Notes under the pieces: generated by a model
The model's input: only the letters and a program-made list of their open reading frames with translations
What the model was told of the DNA's origin: nothing
Databases searched by the model: none
Program-made: the position numbers and the translations under genes
Source of the DNA: an uncultured Aliarcobacter sp.
GTDB lineage: Bacteria; Campylobacterota; Campylobacteria; Campylobacterales; Arcobacteraceae
DNA length: 64,000 nt
NCBI GenBank assembly: GCA_963677435.1
Contig: OY781945.1
Span: 2,656,001 to 2,720,000 of the forward strand
Direction of reading: 5' to 3'
Shown: positions 51,706 through 61,535 of the stretch, in pieces
Numbering within the stretch: the stretch's first letter is position 1
Layout: each line of letters begins with the position of its first letter

Positions 51706-54660
51706 TTATTTCTCGACCATCGTATAATGTAACTCTAAACCTTTTGAAGTTGAAACAAAACCATTTACATTTATAGTTCCATCATGTACCATTTTATGGT
51801 GTTCTTTACAAAGAGGAACTAGATTATATTTATGATTTGCATTTATATGTCCTATAAAGCCATCTTTATTTGCTCTGGCTTGCTCTTTTATATGATGAAC
51901 ATCATCACAAGCTCGTCCACAAATTATACAAGTTGAAGCAAACACATTGTTATTATATTTTGAAGTTTTTCTCTGAGTTAGTCTTTCAATTGAAGAGTAA
52001 TCATCTGTTAATTTTTTTCTTATTTCATTTGCAACAGATAAAAACTCTTTATCCATATGAAGTGATTTTGCATACTCTAAACCATACATAGAAGAACCAC
52101 TTCCATAGGCTAATTTTCTATCAAAAATAAGTTTATCTTCGTCATCTTTATACATAACTGATAGATGAAGTGCTATTATATTTTTTAGTTTAGCGATTTC
52201 TTCAATCTCAGGAAGTTGATGTAAGTGAGTTGCAAATACAAAAATAGCTTCTAACTTTGAAAGTTTTAAAATTGAACTAGCAACAATACTTAATCCACTC
52301 ATTGTTTCTGTACTATGTGAGATTTCATCTCCAAGAATTAAGGATTTTTTGCTTGCTCGATTAAATATATTTTTAAGTTCTAACATTTCAACAGCAAAAG
52401 ATGATAAACCTTTTGCAATATTATCAGCTCCTGAAATTCTAGTATAAACAGCATCAAATATTGAGAATCTCATAGAACGACAAGGCACATAAAATCCAGC
52501 TTGTGCCATAATTACAGAGATTCCAATTGCTTTCATAAGTGAAGATTTACCTGATGAGTTTATTCCATAGAGTAAAACTCCATGCATTTTATTGTCAAAG
52601 ATATTTATTGGATTTGAGTTTTTAATAATCACATTATCTTTGTACTCTTTAGAAGCCAGTGATAATTCACCTAAAATAATATCATTTGGAACATATATAC
52701 CTTGATCTTCATTTGCTTCAATAATTGGATGTCGTAAATCTATTAATTCTATAAAGTTTTCATTATCTTTTGTTTTTACAATTTTTGGGCAAGTATAATT
52801 ATATTTTTTTGCTGTTTTTATATTTGAAACTGTTAAGTCAACTTCTGCAATAAACTGCACTAATTCTTCAAGTAAAATTGCAAATTTTTTCTCAAATTCA
52901 AGAATTTTTTCTTTAAATACAAGTTTATTTAACTCTATTATTTTTCGTAAATTATGTACATATTTATCTGAAATATCTTCCGTTAATTTACAAAAGATCT
53001 TTACTGAATTTGTTTGAACTCTAATTTTAAAATCTTTAAATAAATATAATTCATCATCTACAATCAAGTGAGAATTCATAAGTTCTTCTTTGATTAAATT
53101 AAATCTATTTTTTGTTAAAGTAAGAAAAAAACCCTCTTTATCAAGTCTATTTATTCCAACATAGTTAACATCATCTGATTTAACATAAGATAAAATATGT
53201 TTTTGTAAAATCTCTAATTTTGAGTATAAAATATCATTTTGAGCATTTAGTTCATCAATTTGAGTATTTATTCCCTCACTAATCATATTTACTTCAACAT
53301 CTTTTAGCATATATTTTCCACTAATTGCTAAATCAAAAGTTGAATCAATAGATTGAATAAACAAGCTTAAATCAGCACTTGAACAAGGTGGCGTTATAAA
53401 CTTATAGTTTTCCATGAAAGTTACAACTTCTTTGATACTCAAAAGCGAATCGTATAGATAGTTTAATTCAAAAGGATGAAGTCTATTTAATTTTATTCTT
53501 CTTGTTAATCTTTCAATATCATAAATATTTGCCAACTCATTTTCAATTGGAGCATGATAATCATACAACTCTTTTGAAAGGGCAAGTCTTCGTAAAATCT
53601 CTTTACTATCTTTTACAGGATGAGTAAGTCGCTCTTTTAAAAGTCTTTTCCCCATAGCTGTTGAAGTGTTGTTTATTAGTTTTATTAAACTAGGATTGTG
53701 TGTTGTTTCTATTACATTTAATTGCTCTAAGGCATTATTTCCCAAATAAATATATCTGCTAACATCTAATTTTTGAGGAGTTGAGAGTTTTTGAACAATA
53801 TTTGAATCATGGCCTATTACAAAGTCAATTAACACAGCAAGTGATTCCGTACTAAGAGGAACTCTTTCCATATCAAGATGTTCAATTGAAGTTAAAAGTG
53901 ATTGAATATTAAATACATTTTTAAAAAGTTCATTTTGATAAGAGATTTTTGGTCTAAAATGTCCAATATGAAAGGTTTTTAAAGATAGTTCTAAATAATC
54001 AATAACCTCTTTTTGATTGATATTTTTATCAGCAAAAGTAACTATTATTTCATTTGTTTTGTGCATATTCATGTAATTAAATACTTCATCTAAAGCAAAG
54101 AATTTATCTTCACTTGTACCATGAACTTCATTGTAATAACACTTTCCTGTTGTTACATCAATAGCACTATAACCAACTAAATAGATTCCTCTTATTTGAT
54201 CAACTAAAAGTGAAGTTATATTGTTTTCATCTTGATTTAATACAAAATCAAAATTTGTTCCAGGACTTACAACAGTATCCAAATATCTTGTTACATTTGG
54301 AGGAACTCCTTTTTGTTTGATTAAAACAACTGTATATTTTTGCTCAGCGATTATTCGAGCAAGGTGTTTTTCTAGTGAGATTGCAGGAACTCCTGCCATT
54401 ATTGGATTTTCTTTTGAGTTTTCTAATATTGCTTTATTTTTTCTTGTTAATTGAATATTTAAAAGTTCAGCTATCTCTTTTGCTTTTCCAATTTTTTCAT
54501 CATCATTATTTACTTCATAAACTTCAAAAAAAGTCCCTATTTCCATAAGAACAACAGTATTTGCTCCATACTTTTTTTCAAACATTTTTTGAAGTTTGAA
54601 ATAGGTTATTGTTAATAAATCTTTTTTATTAGCTAAAAGTTCCGCTACTTCTTCTCTCAC
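51706..54660 (-). CDS. MutS family protein with C-terminal HNH endonuclease (MutS7-like)
   Basis: GTFFEVY mismatch motif, GINSSGKS, LGDEI, FATHLH, C-terminal CIIC..VHHI..N..NLVPLCKEHH..H. Confidence 0.88.
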   Translation of the reverse strand: MREEVAELLANKKDLLTITYFKLQKMFEKKYGANTVVLMEIGTFFEVYEVNNDDEKIGKAKEIAELLNIQLTRKNKAILENSKENPIMAGVPAISLEKHLARIIAEQKYTVVLIKQKGVPPNVTRYLDTVVSPGTNFDFVLNQDENNITSLLVDQIRGIYLVGYSAIDVTTGKCYYNEVHGTSEDKFFALDEVFNYMNMHKTNEIIVTFADKNINQKEVIDYLELSLKTFHIGHFRPKISYQNELFKNVFNIQSLLTSIEHLDMERVPLSTESLAVLIDFVIGHDSNIVQKLSTPQKLDVSRYIYLGNNALEQLNVIETTHNPSLIKLINNTSTAMGKRLLKERLTHPVKDSKEILRRLALSKELYDYHAPIENELANIYDIERLTRRIKLNRLHPFELNYLYDSLLSIKEVVTFMENYKFITPPCSSADLSLFIQSIDSTFDLAISGKYMLKDVEVNMISEGINTQIDELNAQNDILYSKLEILQKHILSYVKSDDVNYVGINRLDKEGFFLTLTKNRFNLIKEELMNSHLIVDDELYLFKDFKIRVQTNSVKIFCKLTEDISDKYVHNLRKIIELNKLVFKEKILEFEKKFAILLEELVQFIAEVDLTVSNIKTAKKYNYTCPKIVKTKDNENFIELIDLRHPIIEANEDQGIYVPNDIILGELSLASKEYKDNVIIKNSNPINIFDNKMHGVLLYGINSSGKSSLMKAIGISVIMAQAGFYVPCRSMRFSIFDAVYTRISGADNIAKGLSSFAVEMLELKNIFNRASKKSLILGDEISHSTETMSGLSIVASSILKLSKLEAIFVFATHLHQLPEIEEIAKLKNIIALHLSVMYKDDEDKLIFDRKLAYGSGSSMYGLEYAKSLHMDKEFLSVANEIRKKLTDDYSSIERLTQRKTSKYNNNVFASTCIICGRACDDVHHIKEQARANKDGFIGHINANHKYNLVPLCKEHHKMVHDGTINVNGFVSTSKGLELHYTMVEK

Positions 54661-55079
54661 TTAGACCTAACTCCTGTCCAATTTCTAATAAAAGTTCTCT
54701 CTTCTTTTGTTAAATCTGCATCTTCATGGGCAATTAAATAACTTTGTAAAGGCATTGCAACATAAACAGTTCTATATATTTCTTTTATTTTTTTCTCTTT
54801 ATCTTCTGCAGAATAATTTTCCCAAGTAGAAAAATTCAAGGCTTTTCTTCCCTCAATTACATGATTTGATATAGCCCAAGAAAAAGGTGCTATTTGAGAA
54901 TACCATGGCCAAACAGTCGTATTTGAATGACAATCAAAACAAGCTCTTTTAAAAATTTCCATTACTTTTGCATCTGCTTTAATTTCTAAGTTTTTTTGTG
55001 TTGCAATGTTTTCTCTTTGGGGACGAATAAACTGCATCACAACAAATATAATTAAAAATATTAATAAAGTTCTTTTCAT
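54657..55079 (-). CDS. Heme-binding (monoheme c-type) domain protein
   Basis: Signal/anchor sequence, ACFDCHSN...PWYS..AP.SW, GRKALNFS, MP. Confidence 0.82.
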   Translation of the reverse strand: MKRTLLIFLIIFVVMQFIRPQRENIATQKNLEIKADAKVMEIFKRACFDCHSNTTVWPWYSQIAPFSWAISNHVIEGRKALNFSTWENYSAEDKEKKIKEIYRTVYVAMPLQSYLIAHEDADLTKEERTFIRNWTGVRSK

Positions 55080-55082
55080 TTT

Positions 55083-55412
55083 TTACTCACTCATCAAATT
55101 GTATGGTCTTTTTAACTCTTCTATAAATAAAGGAACACTCATATTTCTTCCATATCTTTTGAACTCTTTTGTATCAAAAAAAATTAAAGTTGTTGGAATT
55201 GAAAATATCATAAAATTCGCTGTTAACTCTTTATCTAAATCTGTTTTTACTTCAAAAAGCTCAAACTTTGGAAAAGTTTTTTGTATCTCTTGCTCGATTT
55301 TAGGCTTTAATACCTTACAAACAGAACAATTTTCACCTGAAAAATATACTAATATTGGATTTCCAGTATTTATACTATTTTGTAACTGTTTCAGATTGGC
55401 TATTTGTGTCAA
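55083..55412 (-). CDS. Thioredoxin family protein
   Basis: YFSGENCSVCKVLKP, IFSIPT; start set to TTG 55412 after GGAGG. Confidence 0.8.
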   Translation of the reverse strand: MTQIANLKQLQNSINTGNPILVYFSGENCSVCKVLKPKIEQEIQKTFPKFELFEVKTDLDKELTANFMIFSIPTTLIFFDTKEFKRYGRNMSVPLFIEELKRPYNLMSE

Positions 55413-57399
55413 AATCATCCTCCAATTCATCACCAACACATTTAATTGGGTCAGCTTTATTTATATTTACTTGATATGCTTTTTCTTTAAATATATCCTC
55501 TTTTGATAAAGAGATACCTTTCATATGAGAAAGAGGGAAAGCAAATGCTACACCTTTTCCTGTTGTTGTAATGTGAAGTGAATGAATAATTGATTTTATA
55601 ACTTCATTAACTAAATATCTAGGTAATAAAAACAATAACATAACATCATTTGCTTCAAAAGATGTTCTATAGAAATTTGCCATTTCTTCAAGTCCAATTC
55701 CATCTGCATTTAAAACTGTTACACCTGAAGCTCCTGCTCTATGAGCAGCTTGAATTGCTTCAAGTTTTTTATCGGCTGGAATAATAATTACAACTGCAGA
55801 GAACTCTAAAGATAAAGAGTGTCTAGTAGTTGAACCATCAATATTAACAGTTGCTAAATCCATATTCTCAGCATCAACTAAAGTATCATGTAATAAATCT
55901 TCTTGGGCAATTTGAGTATTTGATTTAACTTCTAGTTTCTCAATTAAAATTCCATATAACATTACAGTTATCATAGGAAATAATGAAGCAAATGCAATAA
56001 GACCAAATCCATCAATTAAAGGACTTCTACCTTCAATATTTGTAGCAAGTCCAATTCCAAGAGCCGCAACTAAAGGAACTGTTACTGTTGAAGTTGTAAC
56101 TCCTCCACTATCATAAGCGATTGGAATAATATATTTTGGAGCAATAAAAGTAAGAATTATTACAACAATATATCCTACAATAATATAATAGTGAATATGT
56201 CCACCATCAACTATTCTAAAAGCTCCTAAAGCAATACCAATGGCAACACCAAGAGCCACAAAAAGTCTTAGAGCAAAGTCATTGATTTTTCCATCACTTA
56301 TCTCTTTTGCTTTTTTTGCAATTGCCATAAGTGCTGGTTCTGCCATTGTTGTTGAAAAACCAATTGCAAAAGCAAAAGCATAAATCATTAAAACAGATTG
56401 AGATTTTGTAAGTTGGTATGCCATTGTTTCACCAAGTGAAAATAGTCCCATTTCCAGACCTAAAATGAAAGCATATAAACCAATAATTACTAAAATGAAT
56501 CCTAAAAATACTGTTTTAATATTATGAATATGTTTTTTTAACACTCCATATTGAAAAAATAGAATAATTGCCAAAATAGGAAATACATCTTTTAAAACAG
56601 AAGTTAAACCTTTTATTACACTGGGAATAGAAACAGTAGTTGGTACAGATACAACTGAATTAACAACTACATTTGCAACATCTTTTGCATCTACAAAATT
56701 ATAAACGGCTATCCCATATATTTGAACAAATATCATTGGTGTTAAAGAAGCGAAGGCGATAAGTCCAAATCCATCAATTACTGGGTTTCTTCCTTTTATA
56801 TTTGTTGCAAGTCCAATACCAAGAGCAGCAACTAAAGGAACAGTTACCGTTGAAGTAGTCACTCCACCTAAATCGTATGATAATCCAATAATTTCAGGAG
56901 GTGCAAAAAAGGTAATTGATACAACTATTAAATATCCAGCGATAATATAATAGTGAATTGCATGACCTTTTATAATTCTAAAAACACCTAAAAGAATAGC
57001 GAAACCAACAGAACCTGCAACAACAAATCTAAGAATATTTGAATCAATTCTTCCACTTGAAATTGAAGCTGCTTTATCTGCAATTACTGCAAGTGCTGGT
57101 TCTGCAATGGTTGTACCAAAACCTATTAAAAATCCAAAAATTAAAATCCATGTTGTCCAACCTGATTTTGCAAAATCTCGAGCTAAACCTTCACCAACAG
57201 GAAAAATTCCAATTTCTAGACCTTGCAAAAATATAGCAAGTCCAACACCTACAATTCCTAATCCAATAGCAGTTCCAACCCAACCTTCTGGTACAGTTTG
57301 AATAATAGCTAATTGAAAAAAAAGTATTACTATTATAATTGGAAGTAAATCTCGGAAAGATTCTCTCAAAAGCTTTAAAAAAAAGTTAAACTGCATCAT
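55375..57399 (-). CDS. Tandem DUF1538 membrane domains fused to a C-terminal PII-like domain
   Basis: Two repeats of T.AEPAL / D.GGVTTSTVTVPLVAALGIGLA / DGFGLIAFASL; C-terminal AGASGVTVL..G.G...GKGVAFAFPL. Confidence 0.82.
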   Translation of the reverse strand: MMQFNFFLKLLRESFRDLLPIIIVILFFQLAIIQTVPEGWVGTAIGLGIVGVGLAIFLQGLEIGIFPVGEGLARDFAKSGWTTWILIFGFLIGFGTTIAEPALAVIADKAASISSGRIDSNILRFVVAGSVGFAILLGVFRIIKGHAIHYYIIAGYLIVVSITFFAPPEIIGLSYDLGGVTTSTVTVPLVAALGIGLATNIKGRNPVIDGFGLIAFASLTPMIFVQIYGIAVYNFVDAKDVANVVVNSVVSVPTTVSIPSVIKGLTSVLKDVFPILAIILFFQYGVLKKHIHNIKTVFLGFILVIIGLYAFILGLEMGLFSLGETMAYQLTKSQSVLMIYAFAFAIGFSTTMAEPALMAIAKKAKEISDGKINDFALRLFVALGVAIGIALGAFRIVDGGHIHYYIIVGYIVVIILTFIAPKYIIPIAYDSGGVTTSTVTVPLVAALGIGLATNIEGRSPLIDGFGLIAFASLFPMITVMLYGILIEKLEVKSNTQIAQEDLLHDTLVDAENMDLATVNIDGSTTRHSLSLEFSAVVIIIPADKKLEAIQAAHRAGASGVTVLNADGIGLEEMANFYRTSFEANDVMLLFLLPRYLVNEVIKSIIHSLHITTTGKGVAFAFPLSHMKGISLSKEDIFKEKAYQVNINKADPIKCVGDELEDDFDTNSQSETVTK

Positions 57400-58100
57400 G
57401 AATTAATATCCACCCCTTTTATATATTTATTAAACTTATCTAAATTTTCTCTATGTCCAATTGCTACTAAAGTATCTCCAATATCAATCTTATGATTTTT
57501 ATAAAATGAATTAAATATAAAATCATTACTCAACTCTTTATCAGTAAGTCCAATTATAATAATATTAAATTCTTTACTAAAATCAAAATCATTTAGATAT
57601 TTACCGTCTAAATATGAACCTTGCATTATTGTAAATTCTTCAATATTTAATAATGAGTCACCAAAAAGTATTTCATCTAAAACATGAGAAATAATTGGTT
57701 TTTCTAATAATCTAAACATTCTTAGAGCACCAATTTCATAAGGATTAATAATCTTCGTAGCACCAGCTAAAAGCATTTTTTTACTATCTTGTTTACTACT
57801 AGCTTTTGATATAATTTTAATATTTTTATTCAAATTTCTGGCTGAAAGTGTAACAAAAAAGTTATTATTTGAAGAATCACTTACACAATAAAATGCTTTT
57901 ACATTATTTTCAATTCCAATATCTATTAACTCTTCATCCAATAATAACTCTTTATTAAAAGCATTAAAACCATCTAAAATAGCTTTATTATAATTATCTT
58001 CATCATAATCAACTATAATTATTTCATATTTAGATTTTTTTAAACTATTTGCAATTTTACTTCCTAGATTACTATATCCATAAATTATTACTTTTGACAT
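57396..58100 (-). CDS. Stand-alone RCK/TrkA-domain protein
   Basis: IIYGYSNLG, VTLSARNLN..IKII, AGATKIINPY, TrkA-C-like tail. Confidence 0.82.
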   Translation of the reverse strand: MSKVIIYGYSNLGSKIANSLKKSKYEIIIVDYDEDNYNKAILDGFNAFNKELLLDEELIDIGIENNVKAFYCVSDSSNNNFFVTLSARNLNKNIKIISKASSKQDSKKMLLAGATKIINPYEIGALRMFRLLEKPIISHVLDEILFGDSLLNIEEFTIMQGSYLDGKYLNDFDFSKEFNIIIIGLTDKELSNDFIFNSFYKNHKIDIGDTLVAIGHRENLDKFNKYIKGVDINS

Positions 58101-58101
58101 A

Positions 58102-59664
58102 TTAAACCCTAAAATCTAAATTAATTAAATCTGATTTCAGTTGTGAAATAGAAGCTTTAAAACCAATAAGAATTAAAATATCATCTTTTTGAACTATATA
58201 ATCAATATTTGTTGGATTAAAAATAAAGTTATTCATGTTAGATAAATTTATAACTCCTAAAAGGGTCAAATTATAATTTTTGAAATCAACTAAATTTATA
58301 TTTTTTCCTAAAATTCTTGAATTATCAAGTATTTCAACTTCATCAATAATAACATCAAAATCTTTATTTAATAAAATTCCATCTATTGCTTCAAAAGCAA
58401 CAGGTTGCCCTAAATATTCAGAAGCAACAAATGCAGATACATCATTAAATATTATTGTTTGATCAACTCCTGCAATATCAAATTTTTTCCTAGAATTACC
58501 ATTATTTACCCTCGAAATTATCTTAATATTATCATTTAATGCCCTAGCACTTAAAACAATAGATAGATTTACAGCATCATCATTTGTCAAAGCTATGACA
58601 GAATTTGCACCTTTATTTATTCCCATTATTTCTAGTGTTTGCATATTTGTAGCATCAGCATGAATTGCTAAATAATTTAGATTTTTCGCACTATTTACAA
58701 TCTCTTTGTCATTATCAATTATTATAAACTTTTTCCCAATACTTAATAACTCTTCACAAAAATATCGTCCCATCATTCCAAAACCACATACAATAACAAA
58801 ATCTTTCATTTTTGAAGTTTCAGATTGAACTCTATTTTCTTTTATAATTTCCATTCTATCAGATAAACCAGTTGTAATAATAGAAGTTCCAAAAGCAATT
58901 ACCAAAAAACTAGAAACTACAAGAACCAAAGTTACAAGTTTCCCCTCAATCGTTATTGGAACAACATCACCATAACCAACAGTTGAAATGGTAATAATTG
59001 ACCAATAAACAGCATCAAAAAAAGTAACAATATTCGGATTTACACCCTCTGGCCCTTCATATAAAAAAATAACAGTTGAAGAAAAAAATACAACAGTTAT
59101 ATATAAAAGCCCTAGAGTAAATAGTTCAAATTTTCTTTCTTTAAATACTTGTAAAAATTCTTTCAGTGAATTTGCATATCTTAAAATTTTAAATAATCTA
59201 AAAATTAGAAGAATTCTTAAAAGTCTTAAAGGTCTGTAGTAAGGTAAAATGGCTAGTAAATCAACTATTGCCATGGGAGAAAGTATAAAATCTATTTTCT
59301 TTGAGATTATCTTTTTTATTGATTTGGTGATTTTGTATTTTTTATTTAAAAGTTGATATTTTTCATAATCATCTAATATTATTTTGTGCATATCAGAACT
59401 AATCCATAATCGACCTATATACTCAATAGCAAAAATAATAACAGCAAAAAGTTCATAATCATTTAATATTCTTAAATTTTTATGATTAACTTCAAATATC
59501 AAGATTCCAATAGTACTTAGAACTAAAAAAATCATCGCTGTATCAAAATATTTTTTATATTTATAAGAATTATTTTCTAATATATTATATGTAAATTCTT
59601 TAAAACTTTTATATTTTATAGATGTTTCTAGTTTATAGGCTAAGGCTATTATATATTTAGTCAT
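58102..59664 (-). CDS. Voltage-gated-type potassium channel with RCK domain
   Basis: S4-like RPLRLLRILLIFRLFK, selectivity filter TISTVGYGD, VCGFGMMG RCK. Confidence 0.9.
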   Translation of the reverse strand: MTKYIIALAYKLETSIKYKSFKEFTYNILENNSYKYKKYFDTAMIFLVLSTIGILIFEVNHKNLRILNDYELFAVIIFAIEYIGRLWISSDMHKIILDDYEKYQLLNKKYKITKSIKKIISKKIDFILSPMAIVDLLAILPYYRPLRLLRILLIFRLFKILRYANSLKEFLQVFKERKFELFTLGLLYITVVFFSSTVIFLYEGPEGVNPNIVTFFDAVYWSIITISTVGYGDVVPITIEGKLVTLVLVVSSFLVIAFGTSIITTGLSDRMEIIKENRVQSETSKMKDFVIVCGFGMMGRYFCEELLSIGKKFIIIDNDKEIVNSAKNLNYLAIHADATNMQTLEIMGINKGANSVIALTNDDAVNLSIVLSARALNDNIKIISRVNNGNSRKKFDIAGVDQTIIFNDVSAFVASEYLGQPVAFEAIDGILLNKDFDVIIDEVEILDNSRILGKNINLVDFKNYNLTLLGVINLSNMNNFIFNPTNIDYIVQKDDILILIGFKASISQLKSDLINLDFRV

Positions 59665-59674
59665 AGGAAACTAA

Positions 59675-59699
59675 TGTAAAGTAGTTTTACTACTTTACA
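59675..59699 (-). terminator. Hairpin downstream of leuA
   Basis: TGTAAAGTAGT-TTT-ACTACTTTACA. Confidence 0.7.
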
Positions 59700-59704
59700 C
59701 TTTA

Positions 59705-61258
59705 TTAGATTTGGTGTTCACTATTTTTAGACAATCTTTCTTTTTGAGAAAGGTAAGAGTTTAAAGCTCCTAAATATGCCTTAGCAGTTGCAAGCATTGT
59801 ATCAATGCTTAATCCATGTCCAACAAATGAAGGACTTGTTTGATCAAAAGAAACTCTTGTTGTAACTTTAGCAAGGGCATCTTTTCCTTCTGTTACTGAA
59901 GTTACTTTATAATCTTTTAATTCCCCTGTATAACCTGTTAATCTATCAATTGTTTTAAAAATTGCATCCATAGTTCCATCACCAATAGCTGCATCTCTAA
60001 TTACTTCATCTTTATATTTAATAGCAACAGCTGCTGTTGGAACACCTGCCGTACAATCAGATATTTGTAATCCTACTAATTCAAAAGTTTTATCTTGATT
60101 TAATGACTCATCAGTAATTAACATTCTAATATCATCATCTGTAACATCTTTTTTCTTATCAGCTAAGTTTTTGAATTTTTCAAATGCAGAGTTTAACTCT
60201 TCATCACTTACTTTATCAAATCCTAAATGAACAATTTTATCTCTAAATGCTGCTCGACCTGAGTGTTTTCCTAAGATTAAAGTAGATTCTTTAAATACTC
60301 CAACATCTTCAGGTTTCATAATTTCATAAGTTTCTTGATGTTTTAAAACACCATCTTGATGAATTCCACTCTCATGTGAGAATGCATTTTTACCAACAAT
60401 CGCTTTATTTTGTTGTGGTTCAACACCAGTTACAGTTGCCACTAATCTTGAAGTTGCATAAATTTCAGGTGTATTAATAGTTGTATATAAATCACCAAAA
60501 GCATCTCTTCGTGTTTTAATTGCCATTACTGCTTCTTCTAAAGCTGAATTTCCAGCTCTCTCACCTAATCCATTTATTGTAACTTCTATTTGTCTAGCAC
60601 CATTTAAAACAGCTGCTAATGTATTAGCAGTTGCTAATCCTAAATCATTATGATTATGAACAGAAATAATTGCTCTATCTCCTGCATATGCACTTAATTC
60701 TTTAACCATTGCACCTAATTCAGTTGGTAATCTATATCCTACAGTATCAGGTAAATTAATAGTTCTAGCACCTGCATTTATAACAGCATCCATAACTTCT
60801 TTCATAAATGGAATTTCACTTCTTCCTGCATCTTCTAAAGAGAACTCAACATCATCAACAAATGTTCTTGCATATTCAACTGCATGAATTGCTCTTTTTA
60901 TAACTTCTTCTTCACTCATTTTTAATTTATATTTCATATGTATTGGTGAAGTGGCAATAAAAGTATGAATTCTATGTTTTTGAGCATGTCTAACAGCTAA
61001 TCCAGCTTGTTTAATATCATTATCAATTGCTCTTGCAAGTGAGCAAATACTTGAGTTTTTAACTATCTCTGCAATTCTGCTAACTGCGTCAAAATCTCCA
61101 GGGCTTGCTGCTGCAAATCCAGCTTCTATAACATCTACACCTAATTTTTCTAATTGTAAAGCTATTTTAATTTTTTCTTCAGTGTTCATAGAACAGCCAG
61201 GACTTTGTTCACCATCTCTTAATGTTGTATCAAATACTATAATTTTATTTTTATCCAT
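59705..61258 (-). CDS. leuA: 2-isopropylmalate synthase
   Basis: [45 protein letters not shown]-terminal regulatory domain. Confidence 0.96.
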   Translation of the reverse strand: MDKNKIIVFDTTLRDGEQSPGCSMNTEEKIKIALQLEKLGVDVIEAGFAAASPGDFDAVSRIAEIVKNSSICSLARAIDNDIKQAGLAVRHAQKHRIHTFIATSPIHMKYKLKMSEEEVIKRAIHAVEYARTFVDDVEFSLEDAGRSEIPFMKEVMDAVINAGARTINLPDTVGYRLPTELGAMVKELSAYAGDRAIISVHNHNDLGLATANTLAAVLNGARQIEVTINGLGERAGNSALEEAVMAIKTRRDAFGDLYTTINTPEIYATSRLVATVTGVEPQQNKAIVGKNAFSHESGIHQDGVLKHQETYEIMKPEDVGVFKESTLILGKHSGRAAFRDKIVHLGFDKVSDEELNSAFEKFKNLADKKKDVTDDDIRMLITDESLNQDKTFELVGLQISDCTAGVPTAAVAIKYKDEVIRDAAIGDGTMDAIFKTIDRLTGYTGELKDYKVTSVTEGKDALAKVTTRVSFDQTSPSFVGHGLSIDTMLATAKAYLGALNSYLSQKERLSKNSEHQI

Positions 61259-61363
61259 TATATTAACCTTTTAAAATGTTATTTATTATATCTTTTTTTA
61301 AATAAAAAAAGAAAAACTGTGTTTTGATTATTTTGTTGTGATTGTAATTATAAAAATTTATAA

Positions 61364-61441
61364 TTAGAGAGAAAAAGAAAGAAGCAGAAGAGAGTTTACA
61401 CTTTTGATGAAATGGTTATTATAAAAATTAAATATTTTCAT
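61364..61441 (-). CDS. leuL: Putative leucine leader peptide MKIFNFYNNHFIKSVNSLLLLSFSL (25 aa)
   Basis: AAGGAG RBS, ATG at 61441, CTT CTG CTT CTT run plus CTC before TAA; directly upstream of leuA. Confidence 0.78.
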   Translation of the reverse strand: MKIFNFYNNHFIKSVNSLLLLSFSL

Positions 61442-61473
61442 ATATCTCTCCTTGTTTTGTTTTAAAGTGTTTA

Positions 61474-61502
61474 AGTATAATTAATAAATTTTCATTTGTC
61501 AA
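61474..61502 (-). promoter_or_regulatory. Sigma70 promoter of leuL-leuA
   Basis: TTGACA-17 bp-TATACT on the minus strand. Confidence 0.8.
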
Positions 61503-61509
61503 TAGAAAA

Positions 61510-61535
61510 AATAGAGTTTTGAAAAAAACTCTATT
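61510..61535 (-). terminator. Terminator hairpin after the histidine kinase
   Basis: AATAGAGTTTT-GAAA-AAAACTCTATT, with a T run on the minus strand. Confidence 0.65.

Noticed and set aside
54657..55079. Heme protein as the electron acceptor for QHNDH
   Set aside because: It belongs to a different operon beyond the MutS gene and nothing in the sequence ties it to qhp
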